Origin: Candidatus Acidiferrum sp. | GTDB lineage: Bacteria; Acidobacteriota; Terriglobia; Acidiferrales; UBA7541 | Assembly: GCA_036513675.1 (NCBI GenBank) | Contig: DATBYP010000183.1 | Location: 26,447 to 90,446, forward strand | Direction of reading: 5' to 3' | Length of the DNA: 64,000 bases | In this document: positions 55,758 through 64,000 of the stretch, piece after piece | How the letters are laid out: each line of letters starts with the position of its first letter | Numbering within the stretch: position 1 is the stretch's first letter | Position numbers and translations under genes: made by a program | Notes under the pieces: model-generated | The model's database searches: none | Told to the model about the DNA's origin: nothing | Seen by the model: the letters and a program-made list of their open reading frames with translations, nothing else

Positions 55758-56498
55758 TTACATCTCCCCGGTGTACCGCTGAATCACGCCATAGCATTCG
55801 CAAGAGATCCTCTCGAGCTCCGCCCGATTCACGATCTTCACCGACCCGCGGTTGTATTCGATCACTTTGGCTTTCTGCAGCGCCCCGGCCGCCAGGCTGA
55901 CGCTTGGCCGGTCTGTCCCGAGCATCGTCGCCAGGAAATCGTGCGTGATCGGAAGAAACTCCGAGTTCATGCGGTCCTGCGCCATTAGCAGCCATCGCGC
56001 CAAACGCTGCTCCACATCGTGGAGACGGTTGCATCCCGCCGTCTGCGCCACCTGCAACCCCAGAACTACCGAGAATCGCTCCAATTGGTAGCGCAGTTGC
56101 GGCGCACTCGCCAGCAACTCCCGCAGCAACGAAACCGATATCCGCAGTCCGTTCCCGCTAATTTGCACTACTTCGCGCAACGGACTCCGGTTCAACCCGG
56201 CAATGGCCGGAATGCCCACTAGCCCTTCCTTCCCCACAATCCCGGCCTCCACTGTTTTCCCTTCGGCCGTAAGAACCACCAATGAAAGTAAGCCATCGTT
56301 CGGAAAGTAGGCGTACTCCAAGATCTCATGCGACTCGTGAAGAATTTGGTGCGATTCCAGCTCCACCGCTTCCAACTGTGGTCGAATTGCCCAAAATTCG
56401 CTGTCTGGAATCGTTAGCAGAATTTTATTTTCTACGCGCTTGTTGGTCGCGTCCGTACGCTCCTGCGGCGGAAAGAATTGTAGGGTTTGATGTGCCAC
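55758..56498 (-). CDS. Crp/Fnr family transcriptional regulator
   Basis: YAYFP..G, VGKEG, CNRLHDVEQRLARWLL and THDFLATMLGTDRPSVS HTH. Confidence 0.9.
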   Translation of the reverse strand: MAHQTLQFFPPQERTDATNKRVENKILLTIPDSEFWAIRPQLEAVELESHQILHESHEILEYAYFPNDGLLSLVVLTAEGKTVEAGIVGKEGLVGIPAIAGLNRSPLREVVQISGNGLRISVSLLRELLASAPQLRYQLERFSVVLGLQVAQTAGCNRLHDVEQRLARWLLMAQDRMNSEFLPITHDFLATMLGTDRPSVSLAAGALQKAKVIEYNRGSVKIVNRAELERISCECYGVIQRYTGEM

Positions 56499-56582
56499 AA
56501 TAAACCTTTTTTATTGGATTCCCAATGGAAGCCAAAAGTTGGCGGCGCGTTCGAATTCTTGCTCGTTGATGTACCGCGGCGC

Positions 56583-56777
56583 TCAGGCTGTTGGCTGGTT
56601 CGCGATTTTCGCGACAATCTGCTGACTTCGCTGATCAAAAACAAAATATTCGCCTGGATCTGTGCTCGCCAGTCGCGACAATCGCTGTTCCGCCTCCTGC
56701 ATGTCACTTGCCGCCTCGATCCAAACGAAGCTGCCGTCACTCTGCCTTTTCAGTATGTCCAGATGGGGTGCGCGCAT
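56583..56777 (-). CDS. Small hypothetical protein
   Basis: 64 aa with a GAGG RBS; DILKR..DGSFVWIEA..PGEYFVFD looks like a genuine folded mini-domain. Confidence 0.6.
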   Translation of the reverse strand: MRAPHLDILKRQSDGSFVWIEAASDMQEAEQRLSRLASTDPGEYFVFDQRSQQIVAKIANQPTA

Positions 56778-57040
56778 AATCCTCGCTCTCCGGTAGATTG
56801 GCTACCCTATCTACTCGAATTGCATGCCCGCTGCCAATTCACGCTCCCTCATGAAATGTTACGGTTAGCAGGCGTAGTCGGGCGCTTTCGTACCCGCGCT
56901 CGGGCGAACGCTGTAGCGCGAAAAGCTAAGGCTCCCCCATCGCGCTCGTACTTTTTACCCATACCGTCAATCCCTTAGCACCTCGCTTCGCCGGGCGTTT
57001 CTCTCTCGGTGTGCTCGTTCAGATCATGTGTGAGGCTCGG

Positions 57041-57070
57041 TGGACGAATCAGAAGCCCTGGTGCTAACAT
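57041..57070 (+). promoter_or_regulatory. Possible sigma70 promoter of tRNA-Ala
   Basis: TGGACG-N18-TAACAT with an extended TGn. Confidence 0.35.
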
Positions 57071-57154
57071 AAATCACGCAGGACTCGGTAGGCCGTGGCG
57101 CTGCTGGAAACGCGTCCCGGTAGCGCCGGGAAGTTTGTGCATCTCTCAATCGGT

Positions 57155-57230
<76 letters not shown>

Positions 57231-57563
57231 ACTCTGTTTCTTCTCTTAATCCGATAGCAACATCCTTAAAACCGAGGGCGATACGAAGCAGGCACCTTCG
57301 TTATGCACTGCGCTCTTATTTTCATCCGTTAATTTCTCCTAGGACGTTCAGCTGTCGGAACTGCTGATCTTGCGGCAGGCCGTTCTGGTAGAAGATTTGT
57401 TGTGTCGCGCGCAAGAAAAGCGTAGGATGCGTGAATCAGAAGTCCAAATCGGAAATTCCGATTTGCTTACCCGTTCGGTCCTAGACTCATTTTCAACTAA
57501 TCGCCCACCTGATCCCAACGGGGAGGCCCAGCAGTTCTCTCAGGATGCAACGAAGGTGCACTC

Positions 57564-58649
57564 ATGCCAGCTCGGTACACGGTCAGATGGCGATTTATTG
57601 CCTCGCTATTTTCTGTGCTTACTCTCTTGCCGCCCGATTACGCGCTCGCAGCTAATCGCTACAACTGGGTCGAAATCGGGTCACGTCCTGCTGGAAGTGG
57701 GATCATCCGCGGGCTCAGTGACAATGGCGATGTAGTGGGACGCTCCGGGTATCTGCATGGTACGAAGACCCACGCCTTCGTTCAGACTGCGGGCGGTACG
57801 ACAGAGCAAATTGGTGGGCTGTCGGGCGGCGAGAATAGCCGCGCAATTGCCATGAACAATTATCGGCAGGCCGTCGGCTTTTCGAACACGCAAACCTCTA
57901 TACGCGCGTTCCTGTGGTCACGCGAAACGGGCGTTCAGGATCTGGGCACGCTTCTTGGAGATTCCGGTAGCAAAGCCTACGCTATTAATGACGCAAATCA
58001 AATTGTGGGATCATCGAGCGGCGCCGGCGGAATCCGAGCTTTCCTGTGGACCAGGAGCGGCGGCATGCGCGAAATAAGTGGTCTGCCCGGAGCTGATTAC
58101 ACCGAAGCCTTGGCCATAAATAGTTCCGGACAGATCATCGGCGCTTCCGGCAACTCTCGAATCCGACATGCATTCCTCTGGACGCCGAGTGGCGGCACGC
58201 AAGATCTTGGCATCCTGCCGAACGATGTCAGCAGCGCTGCCAATGCCATCAACGACTCTGGCAAAGTTGTGGGCGTTTCCGTAGGACCCTACGGCAGCCG
58301 GGCATTCATCTGGACAAGCTCAGAAGGAATGCGCGATCTGGGGGCGCTTCCCGGAGCGACTGAAACTGAAGCCGTCGCTATCAACAACACCGGTGATGTG
58401 GTCGGCACGTCCGGTGATGGGGTCAGCGTCCGTGCGTTCTTATGGACACGTAGCAGTGGTATTCAGGACCTCAATGCTTTTGTACCTGCAAATTTTCCGG
58501 TTCTGCTAGAGGGCGCCTTCGGCATCAACAACCGGGGTCAAATCATAGCGATCGGCAATGTGATTAACATGCCCGGGCAAGATCGATCCGGCGCTCAGGT
58601 TCACCACTCTGGCCCTAACCGGATGTTTCTGCTCACGCCGCAGAGTTAA
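57564..58649 (+). CDS. Secreted HAF-repeat protein
   Basis: About 6-7 repeats of A.AIN..GQ.VG.S....(H/R)AFLWT...G..DLG.L. Confidence 0.88.
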   Translation: MPARYTVRWRFIASLFSVLTLLPPDYALAANRYNWVEIGSRPAGSGIIRGLSDNGDVVGRSGYLHGTKTHAFVQTAGGTTEQIGGLSGGENSRAIAMNNYRQAVGFSNTQTSIRAFLWSRETGVQDLGTLLGDSGSKAYAINDANQIVGSSSGAGGIRAFLWTRSGGMREISGLPGADYTEALAINSSGQIIGASGNSRIRHAFLWTPSGGTQDLGILPNDVSSAANAINDSGKVVGVSVGPYGSRAFIWTSSEGMRDLGALPGATETEAVAINNTGDVVGTSGDGVSVRAFLWTRSSGIQDLNAFVPANFPVLLEGAFGINNRGQIIAIGNVINMPGQDRSGAQVHHSGPNRMFLLTPQS

Positions 58650-58653
58650 TCTC

Positions 58654-61600
58654 ATGAATACAGAACCCAACCCGCAGGTACGTGCATTCATTTTGCACAT
58701 GCTAGGTGGATTCCTTTTCCGATTCTGTTCAGTCATTCTGTTGGTTGTTTGCTCTTGCGCTCATTTGAACGGACAAAACCCTGCGACGACGGGTCAATGG
58801 TCTGCCCTATTCAGCACTGCCTACGAACCCACTCACGTCGTAATGCTACCCAACGGCAAAGTATTGTTCTGGTCTATTCAGGGCGAGTCTCTATATCCCC
58901 AACTCTGGGACCCAACGACGGGTATCACCACTCCAACACCCCTTCCCGGATATCAACTCTTCTGCGCCGGTCAGTCTTTTCTGGGAAATAACCAAGTGCT
59001 CGTAACCGGCGGCAATCTGGGCGATTTCGTGGGCGTGCCCTTTGCCACCCTCTATGATTTCGTAGCGAATACGTGGACTCGCGTGCCGGATATGAATGCA
59101 GGAAGGTGGTATCCCACGAACACGACGCTGGCGAATGGCGATGTTCTGGTTATTTCCGGGGAGATTAACAACTCGGCCGGTGTGAATACGCTTCCACAAG
59201 TGTGGCAAGCGGCCACACAACGCTGGCGGGATCTCACAACGGCTCAGCTCGCTTTGTCGTTGTACCCTCGTATGTTTTTAGCGCCCAATGGAAAAGTGTT
59301 CTATGCCACGCCTGAATCGCCCTCACGCTATTTAGATACGTCGGCAACAGGAAGTTGGACACCTGTAGCCAACCTCAATCTTAATTTCCGCGATTATGAC
59401 ACCGTGGTGCTATACGACGTCGGAAAGGTGCTCGTGGCGGGCGGTGGCGATCCACCGACTGCAACAGCAGAAGTCATTGACCTCAATGCAGCTTCACCGG
59501 GATGGCGGTATGTCGGATCCATGGCTAGAGCGCGGCGACAACTCAACGGCACAATACTTGCCGACGGGAAAGTGTTGATCACAGGAGGCAGCAGCGGATC
59601 TGGATTTGATAACGCGTCTTCTCCTGTTTACTTGACGGAAATGTGGGACCCCGCAAGCGAACAATTCACCCCGATGGCGAGCTTCACGAAATATCGCGGC
59701 TATCACTCCACTGCTGTGTTGTTGCCGGATGGGCGTGTTCTTTCTGCCGGTGGAGACGTCGGCGGAGCGACTGCCGAGATTTTTTCGCCCCCTTATTTGT
59801 TCAAGGGAACGAGACCGACAATTTCAGGCGCTCCAAGCACGATCAACTATGGACAAACCTTTCCACTCACTACCCCCGACGCGGCTAATACTACGCAAGT
59901 GAACTTGATTCGTTTGAGTTCCGTTACCCATTCGTTCAACCAGGACCAGCGCATCAACCGGTTGAGCTTCAGCATTTCATCAGGCAGCCTCAACATCACT
60001 GCGCCAGCTAACGGGAACCTCGCCCCGCCCGGTCCTTATATGATTTTCATTCTGAACGGCAGTGGAGTGCCCTCCGTGGCACAGATTGTTCAATTGACCG
60101 CGGATCTGCCGCCCGTTGCAGCGGCTAATGCGACACCAACCAGCGGACCCGCCCCTCTGAGCGTCAGCTTCTCCAGCAGCGGGAGCCGAGATCCTGATGG
60201 AAGTATCGCCACATACTCGTGGGATTTTGGGGACGGACAGACCTCCACGCAATCGAATCCTACTCACACGTATATCTCAACCGGTACGTACGCTGCTAAG
60301 TTGAGCCTAACCGATAATTCAGGATCGACCGGGAGCGTCGCGCTATTCATTACAGCGACGGTGGTCAACCCTCCGCCGCCGATGGTCAGCGCTGCAAACC
60401 CGAGTAGTGGCACACGAGGGGCCACGGTGACTGCCGTTGTTACCGGTACGAATTTCCAGAGTGGGGCGACATGCGGCTTTGGTTCTGGCATCAACGCGAG
60501 GTGTACTTTTGATTCGCCCACACAATTGACGGGACATTTGTCTATCGATGCGGCTGCCCCAGTCGGGAATCACGATGTGACGGTGGTAAATCCCGACCTA
60601 CACAGCGGCACCTTGCCAGGCGGTTTCTTGGTGAATCCTCTTCCCGCGCCGACTTCGGTCACCCCCAATAGCGGTTCTCAAGGACAACTCATTACCGTCG
60701 TCATCAAGGGCAATAATTTTCAGAATCAGTCTGCGTGTAGTTTTGGCGCGGGCACTATCGTGAATTCGTGTGTTCTCAATTCACCAACGCAACTCACGGC
60801 TGCTGTCTCGATTGGCTCGACGGCAGTCGTCGGACCACGAGATGTCACCGTCACAAGCCCTGATGGTCAGGGCGGCGCACTGATCGGTGGCTTTTCCGTG
60901 ACTTCAACGGCAACCATTCTCCTCGTTCAGAAAGCTACATTCAGTCTGCAGCCTACTTCCGGGGGAACGGTCACCCTTACGCTGCCCCAGGCCACCGCTG
61001 CCGGACACACCTTGATCGTGGGAATGAGCTTCTGGCCACTGGATATCAGCAGTGTGACCGACGGTTCCGGAGACGCGTTTACGCGCGGACTGACCACTTC
61101 GATCTACCACAATGTCGCTGGCAGCGCCACGTACAGCAACTTCTATTACGCCAAGTCGACTGCCGGGGGAACCACCGCACTGAGTTTGAACTTCAGCGGC
61201 GGCAGCACTTATTTGTTGGTAGCCGTGGCTGAGGTGGCGGGACTCGATCCCACCGCGCCTCTCGATCAATCCGGCTTCCACGAATCACTCACGGCCACCG
61301 CCACATGGTCGTCAGCCGCAGTCACCACCACGGCAGCAAACGAATACCTGTTCTCTTGGGCTGCCTCGGAAGCCTCGAATGCAACGTGCGCGAGTCCTGC
61401 GACTGGATGGGTGATTGAGAGTCAGACCAATCCGGCTACGGTGTGTCTGCTGGACCGCATCGTCTCGGCCACCGGATCGTATCAGGCATCCGTGACTGAC
61501 AGCGCGGCACAAAATTATGCGATGGAGATCGTCACCTTCAAGGGCGGGTCATCGCCGCCGCCACCCCCGCCCTCCGCGAGTTCTGTCAATCCGAACTCCG

Positions 61601-62775
61601 GAGCTCAAGGGCAGAGCCTCCCGAGCGTAGTGATCACCGGCGGCAGCTTCCAGAGCGGGGCAACTTGCAGCTTTGGTGCGGGTATCGCGGTGAACTCCTG
61701 CGCGCTCAACTCCCCCACACAACTCACCGCCAGCATCACCATCAGCTCCACAGCTACGCTCGGCACACGCCACGTCACCGTCACCAATCCCGACAGCCAA
61801 ACCGGCACATTGCCGAACGGCTTCACGGTGACCACGGCTGGCCCGCCTCCACCGCCCACGGTGAGCTCTGTCAATCCCAATTCTGGCGCTCAGGGGCGCA
61901 GTTTGCCGAGCGTCATCATCACCGGCAGCAACTTCCAGAGCGGGGCAACTTGCAGCTTTGGTGCGGGTATCACGGTGAGCTCCTGCGCGTTTAACTCCCC
62001 CACACAACTCACCGCCAGCATCACCATCAACTCCACAGCTACGCTAGGCACACGCAACGTCACCGTCACTAATCCCGACAGCCACAGCAACACTCTGCCC
62101 AATGGTTTCTCCGTGACCGCTCCCTCCGCCATTTCTTTGATCCAGAAAGCCACCTTCAGCCGTGAGCCTACTTCCGGCGGAACGGTCACACTTACCCTGC
62201 CCCAAGCGACCGGTGCAGGGCATGCGATTATTGTTGGCCTGAGCTTCTGGCCGCTCGATATCAGCAGTGTGACCGACGGTTCCGGAGATACGTTCACGCG
62301 CGGCCTGGCAACTTCGATCTACCACAACGTCTCCGGCAGCGCCACGTACACCAACTTCTATTACGCCAAGTCCACCGCCGGGGGAACTACCGCGCTGACT
62401 CTAAACTTCAGTGGCGGCAGCACCTATCTATTGGTCGCCGTGGCTGAGGTGGCGGGACTCGATCCGTCCGCGCCGCTCGATCAATCCGGCTTCCACGAAT
62501 CACTCACGGCGACCATCGCGTGGTCGTCTGCTGCAGTCACGACCACAGCAGCAAACGAATATCTGTTCTCCTGGGCTGCCACGGAAGCTTCTAATCCAAC
62601 GTGCGCGAGTCCTGCGACTGGCTGGATAATTCAGAGTCAAACCAATGATTCGACTGGCGCGACGGTTTGCTTGCTCGACCGCATCGTCTCGGCCACCGGA
62701 TCGTATCAGGCATCTGTTACAGCCAGCAGCGCAAGGGATTACGTGATGGAGCTTGCCACTTTCAAAGGCAATTGA
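58654..62775 (+). CDS. Galactose/glyoxal oxidase-type copper-radical oxidase (AA5) with PKD, four IPT/TIG-like and two copies of an unknown ~210 aa domain
   Basis: LFCAG, RWYPT, RGYHS and VTHS ligand motifs; PPGPYMIF; PKD WDFGDG; internal repeats. Confidence 0.85.
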   Translation: MNTEPNPQVRAFILHMLGGFLFRFCSVILLVVCSCAHLNGQNPATTGQWSALFSTAYEPTHVVMLPNGKVLFWSIQGESLYPQLWDPTTGITTPTPLPGYQLFCAGQSFLGNNQVLVTGGNLGDFVGVPFATLYDFVANTWTRVPDMNAGRWYPTNTTLANGDVLVISGEINNSAGVNTLPQVWQAATQRWRDLTTAQLALSLYPRMFLAPNGKVFYATPESPSRYLDTSATGSWTPVANLNLNFRDYDTVVLYDVGKVLVAGGGDPPTATAEVIDLNAASPGWRYVGSMARARRQLNGTILADGKVLITGGSSGSGFDNASSPVYLTEMWDPASEQFTPMASFTKYRGYHSTAVLLPDGRVLSAGGDVGGATAEIFSPPYLFKGTRPTISGAPSTINYGQTFPLTTPDAANTTQVNLIRLSSVTHSFNQDQRINRLSFSISSGSLNITAPANGNLAPPGPYMIFILNGSGVPSVAQIVQLTADLPPVAAANATPTSGPAPLSVSFSSSGSRDPDGSIATYSWDFGDGQTSTQSNPTHTYISTGTYAAKLSLTDNSGSTGSVALFITATVVNPPPPMVSAANPSSGTRGATVTAVVTGTNFQSGATCGFGSGINARCTFDSPTQLTGHLSIDAAAPVGNHDVTVVNPDLHSGTLPGGFLVNPLPAPTSVTPNSGSQGQLITVVIKGNNFQNQSACSFGAGTIVNSCVLNSPTQLTAAVSIGSTAVVGPRDVTVTSPDGQGGALIGGFSVTSTATILLVQKATFSLQPTSGGTVTLTLPQATAAGHTLIVGMSFWPLDISSVTDGSGDAFTRGLTTSIYHNVAGSATYSNFYYAKSTAGGTTALSLNFSGGSTYLLVAVAEVAGLDPTAPLDQSGFHESLTATATWSSAAVTTTAANEYLFSWAASEASNATCASPATGWVIESQTNPATVCLLDRIVSATGSYQASVTDSAAQNYAMEIVTFKGGSSPPPPPPSASSVNPNSGAQGQSLPSVVITGGSFQSGATCSFGAGIAVNSCALNSPTQLTASITISSTATLGTRHVTVTNPDSQTGTLPNGFTVTTAGPPPPPTVSSVNPNSGAQGRSLPSVIITGSNFQSGATCSFGAGITVSSCAFNSPTQLTASITINSTATLGTRNVTVTNPDSHSNTLPNGFSVTAPSAISLIQKATFSREPTSGGTVTLTLPQATGAGHAIIVGLSFWPLDISSVTDGSGDTFTRGLATSIYHNVSGSATYTNFYYAKSTAGGTTALTLNFSGGSTYLLVAVAEVAGLDPSAPLDQSGFHESLTATIAWSSAAVTTTAANEYLFSWAATEASNPTCASPATGWIIQSQTNDSTGATVCLLDRIVSATGSYQASVTASSARDYVMELATFKGN
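60910..62772 (+). repeat. Intragenic duplications: ~630 bp at 60910-61545 vs 62128-62772 and ~260 bp at 61573-61833 vs 61855-62118
   Basis: Long shared DNA runs, e.g. gatatcagcagtgtgaccgacggttccggaga and aactcccccacacaactcaccgccagcatcaccatca. Confidence 0.9.
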
Positions 62776-62784
62776 TCGGCTCCA
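62775..62784 (+). repeat. 10 bp copy of the tRNA-Ala 3' end (ATCGGCTCCA; also at 57218-57227), possible att remnant
   Basis: Exact direct repeat located at the oxidase stop codon. Confidence 0.45.
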
Positions 62785-62989
62785 GGGCCGCCACCACCTT
62801 AGCGGATGGAATGGACCATGCTTAGACTGAAATCCAAGTCTGTGCCGGTCCAGAAAAATAGCGGGAAGACCGATCGTCTTCAACGAACGTCCAAACCTGC
62901 ATCGCTTATCACCGCGCAAATTACTCGCTCTTCAAACACTTCACTGCTCCTCGCTATCCGATCTGCGCTCTGCGTGAAATCTAGTCTCG

Positions 62990-63868
62990 CTACGTTTGCG
63001 CGGAAGTCCGCAAGTGCGCCAAAAACGCCCGGTGCAGCCGCGTAAGAGATCGTCCCCGCAACACCACAGCGCCCACCGTCCGCGCCGCCTCTGCATCCTC
63101 GATTCGAACAAAGCGGCAGCCTGATTTCTTCTCCACCGCCATGGCCGGCACAATGGAAACTCCCATCCCCGCGCCAACCATGCTTAATATGCTGCTGAAC
63201 TGGCCGCTCTCAAAAATTATCTGCGGATGAAGCCGCGCCCGGTCGCAAGCCGCCACAGCCGTGTCACGAAAACAGTGCCCATCGCGTAACAAAAGAAACG
63301 GCTCCGCACGAAGTTCCTTCAGCGAGAGCGAAGACCGCTTGCCGTACTTATGTTGCTTGGGTAGCGCCGCAAACAAGTGCTCCGTCAGCAGTGGAAACGC
63401 CTCGAACTCGTGCCCACGAATCGGCAGCGCCAAAATCGCGACGTCCACAACGCTCGCGCGCAGCCGATCGAGCAATACCGGCGTGATCTCCTCCACCACG
63501 GTCACCTGCGCTTCGGGAAACCGTCGTGACAAAAAAGTCAGTTGCGCCGGCAAAAAGTAAGGCGCAATTGTCGGAATTACGCCGACGCAAATCGCGCCGC
63601 CCACAGAATCCTTCCGCTCCACTACGTCTCCGCGCGCTGCCTCCAACTCCCGCAACACCGCTCGCGCTCGCGGCAAAAACGTCTTCCCCACCTCTGTCAG
63701 CCGTACCGAGCGTCCGAGCCGGTCAAACAGCCGCGCCCCAAGTTCATCCTCCAATTTAAGAATCTGCTGCGAAAGGGACGGCTGCGAAACGTGCGACTGC
63801 TCCGCCGCCCGGCTGAATGATCCGCTGTCCGCCACCGCGCAAAAATACCGAAGTTGATGCAGTTCCAC
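62990..63868 (-). CDS. oxyR: OxyR hydrogen-peroxide sensor (LysR family)
   Basis: LysR HTH (SFSRAA..VSQPSLS), IPTIAPY and DGHCFRDTAVAAC carrying both redox cysteines (Cx8C); GTG start with AGGAG RBS. Confidence 0.85.
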   Translation of the reverse strand: MELHQLRYFCAVADSGSFSRAAEQSHVSQPSLSQQILKLEDELGARLFDRLGRSVRLTEVGKTFLPRARAVLRELEAARGDVVERKDSVGGAICVGVIPTIAPYFLPAQLTFLSRRFPEAQVTVVEEITPVLLDRLRASVVDVAILALPIRGHEFEAFPLLTEHLFAALPKQHKYGKRSSLSLKELRAEPFLLLRDGHCFRDTAVAACDRARLHPQIIFESGQFSSILSMVGAGMGVSIVPAMAVEKKSGCRFVRIEDAEAARTVGAVVLRGRSLTRLHRAFLAHLRTSAQT

Positions 63869-63878
63869 CGCTTCTCCT

Positions 63879-63915
63879 ATAGGCAATGCCTATCTTCTTT
63901 ATCCAATCTATATAT
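63879..63915. promoter_or_regulatory. OxyR-type operator
   Basis: ATAG-N7-CTAT-N7-ATCC-N7-ATAT between oxyR and the divergent gene. Confidence 0.65.
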
Positions 63916-63971
63916 TGGCAGTATAGCTCGCCGCGGCCCACACTGTTACGTGCAGCACCTGAGGAGGACGA

Positions 63972-64000
63972 ATGGCCGAAGAAAAGAAAAACATCATGAC
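63972..64000 (+). CDS. 5' end of a divergent gene (MAEEKKNIMT...), probably catalase
   Basis: GAGGAGG RBS; N-terminus resembles the KK.(L/M)TT start of monofunctional catalases; next to oxyR; truncated by the window edge. Confidence 0.5.

Noticed and set aside
57564-62775. CRISPR-like or mobile repeats
   Set aside because: The repeats are in-frame protein domain repeats; no repeat-spacer array, cas gene, integrase or transposase was seen anywhere in the window

Overview
GC-rich bacterial DNA whose gene content resembles Acidobacteria (an inference). 532-28624 (minus strand) is a ~28 kb Wzx/Wzy-type exopolysaccharide (EPS) locus of the PEP-CTERM/exosortase-associated kind. It encodes a short OPX protein plus a beta-barrel, a split Wzc, an ExeA-like ATPase, a NusG/UpxY paralog with an ops-like element, a priming transferase, amino-sugar enzymes, glycosyltransferases, a flippase-GT4 fusion, and deacetylase-like, FemAB-like and methyltransferase tailoring genes. 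Divergently transcribed from it (29268-43416) is a compact assembly line with no thioesterase: a CmlA-type diiron beta-hydroxylase, a stand-alone A-PCP (Val-like code), a KS-AT-ACP-aminotransferase-C-A(Gly)-PCP hybrid, a free-standing terminal C domain and a methyltransferase. It is followed by a cupin oxygenase, two ASH/Fn3 envelope proteins, a second ExeA paralog and two PEP-CTERM proteins. The main hypothesis is that this NRPS/PKS builds a diamino-acyl-glycyl unit and transfers it onto the polysaccharide or cell surface rather than releasing a diffusible metabolite. The right end holds a general-stress gene cluster, tRNA-Ala(GGC), a probable 5.5 kb tRNA-anchored islet (HAF-repeat protein and a multidomain copper-radical oxidase), and oxyR with a divergent gene that is probably catalase. 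All calls come from motif reading only; no searches were run.
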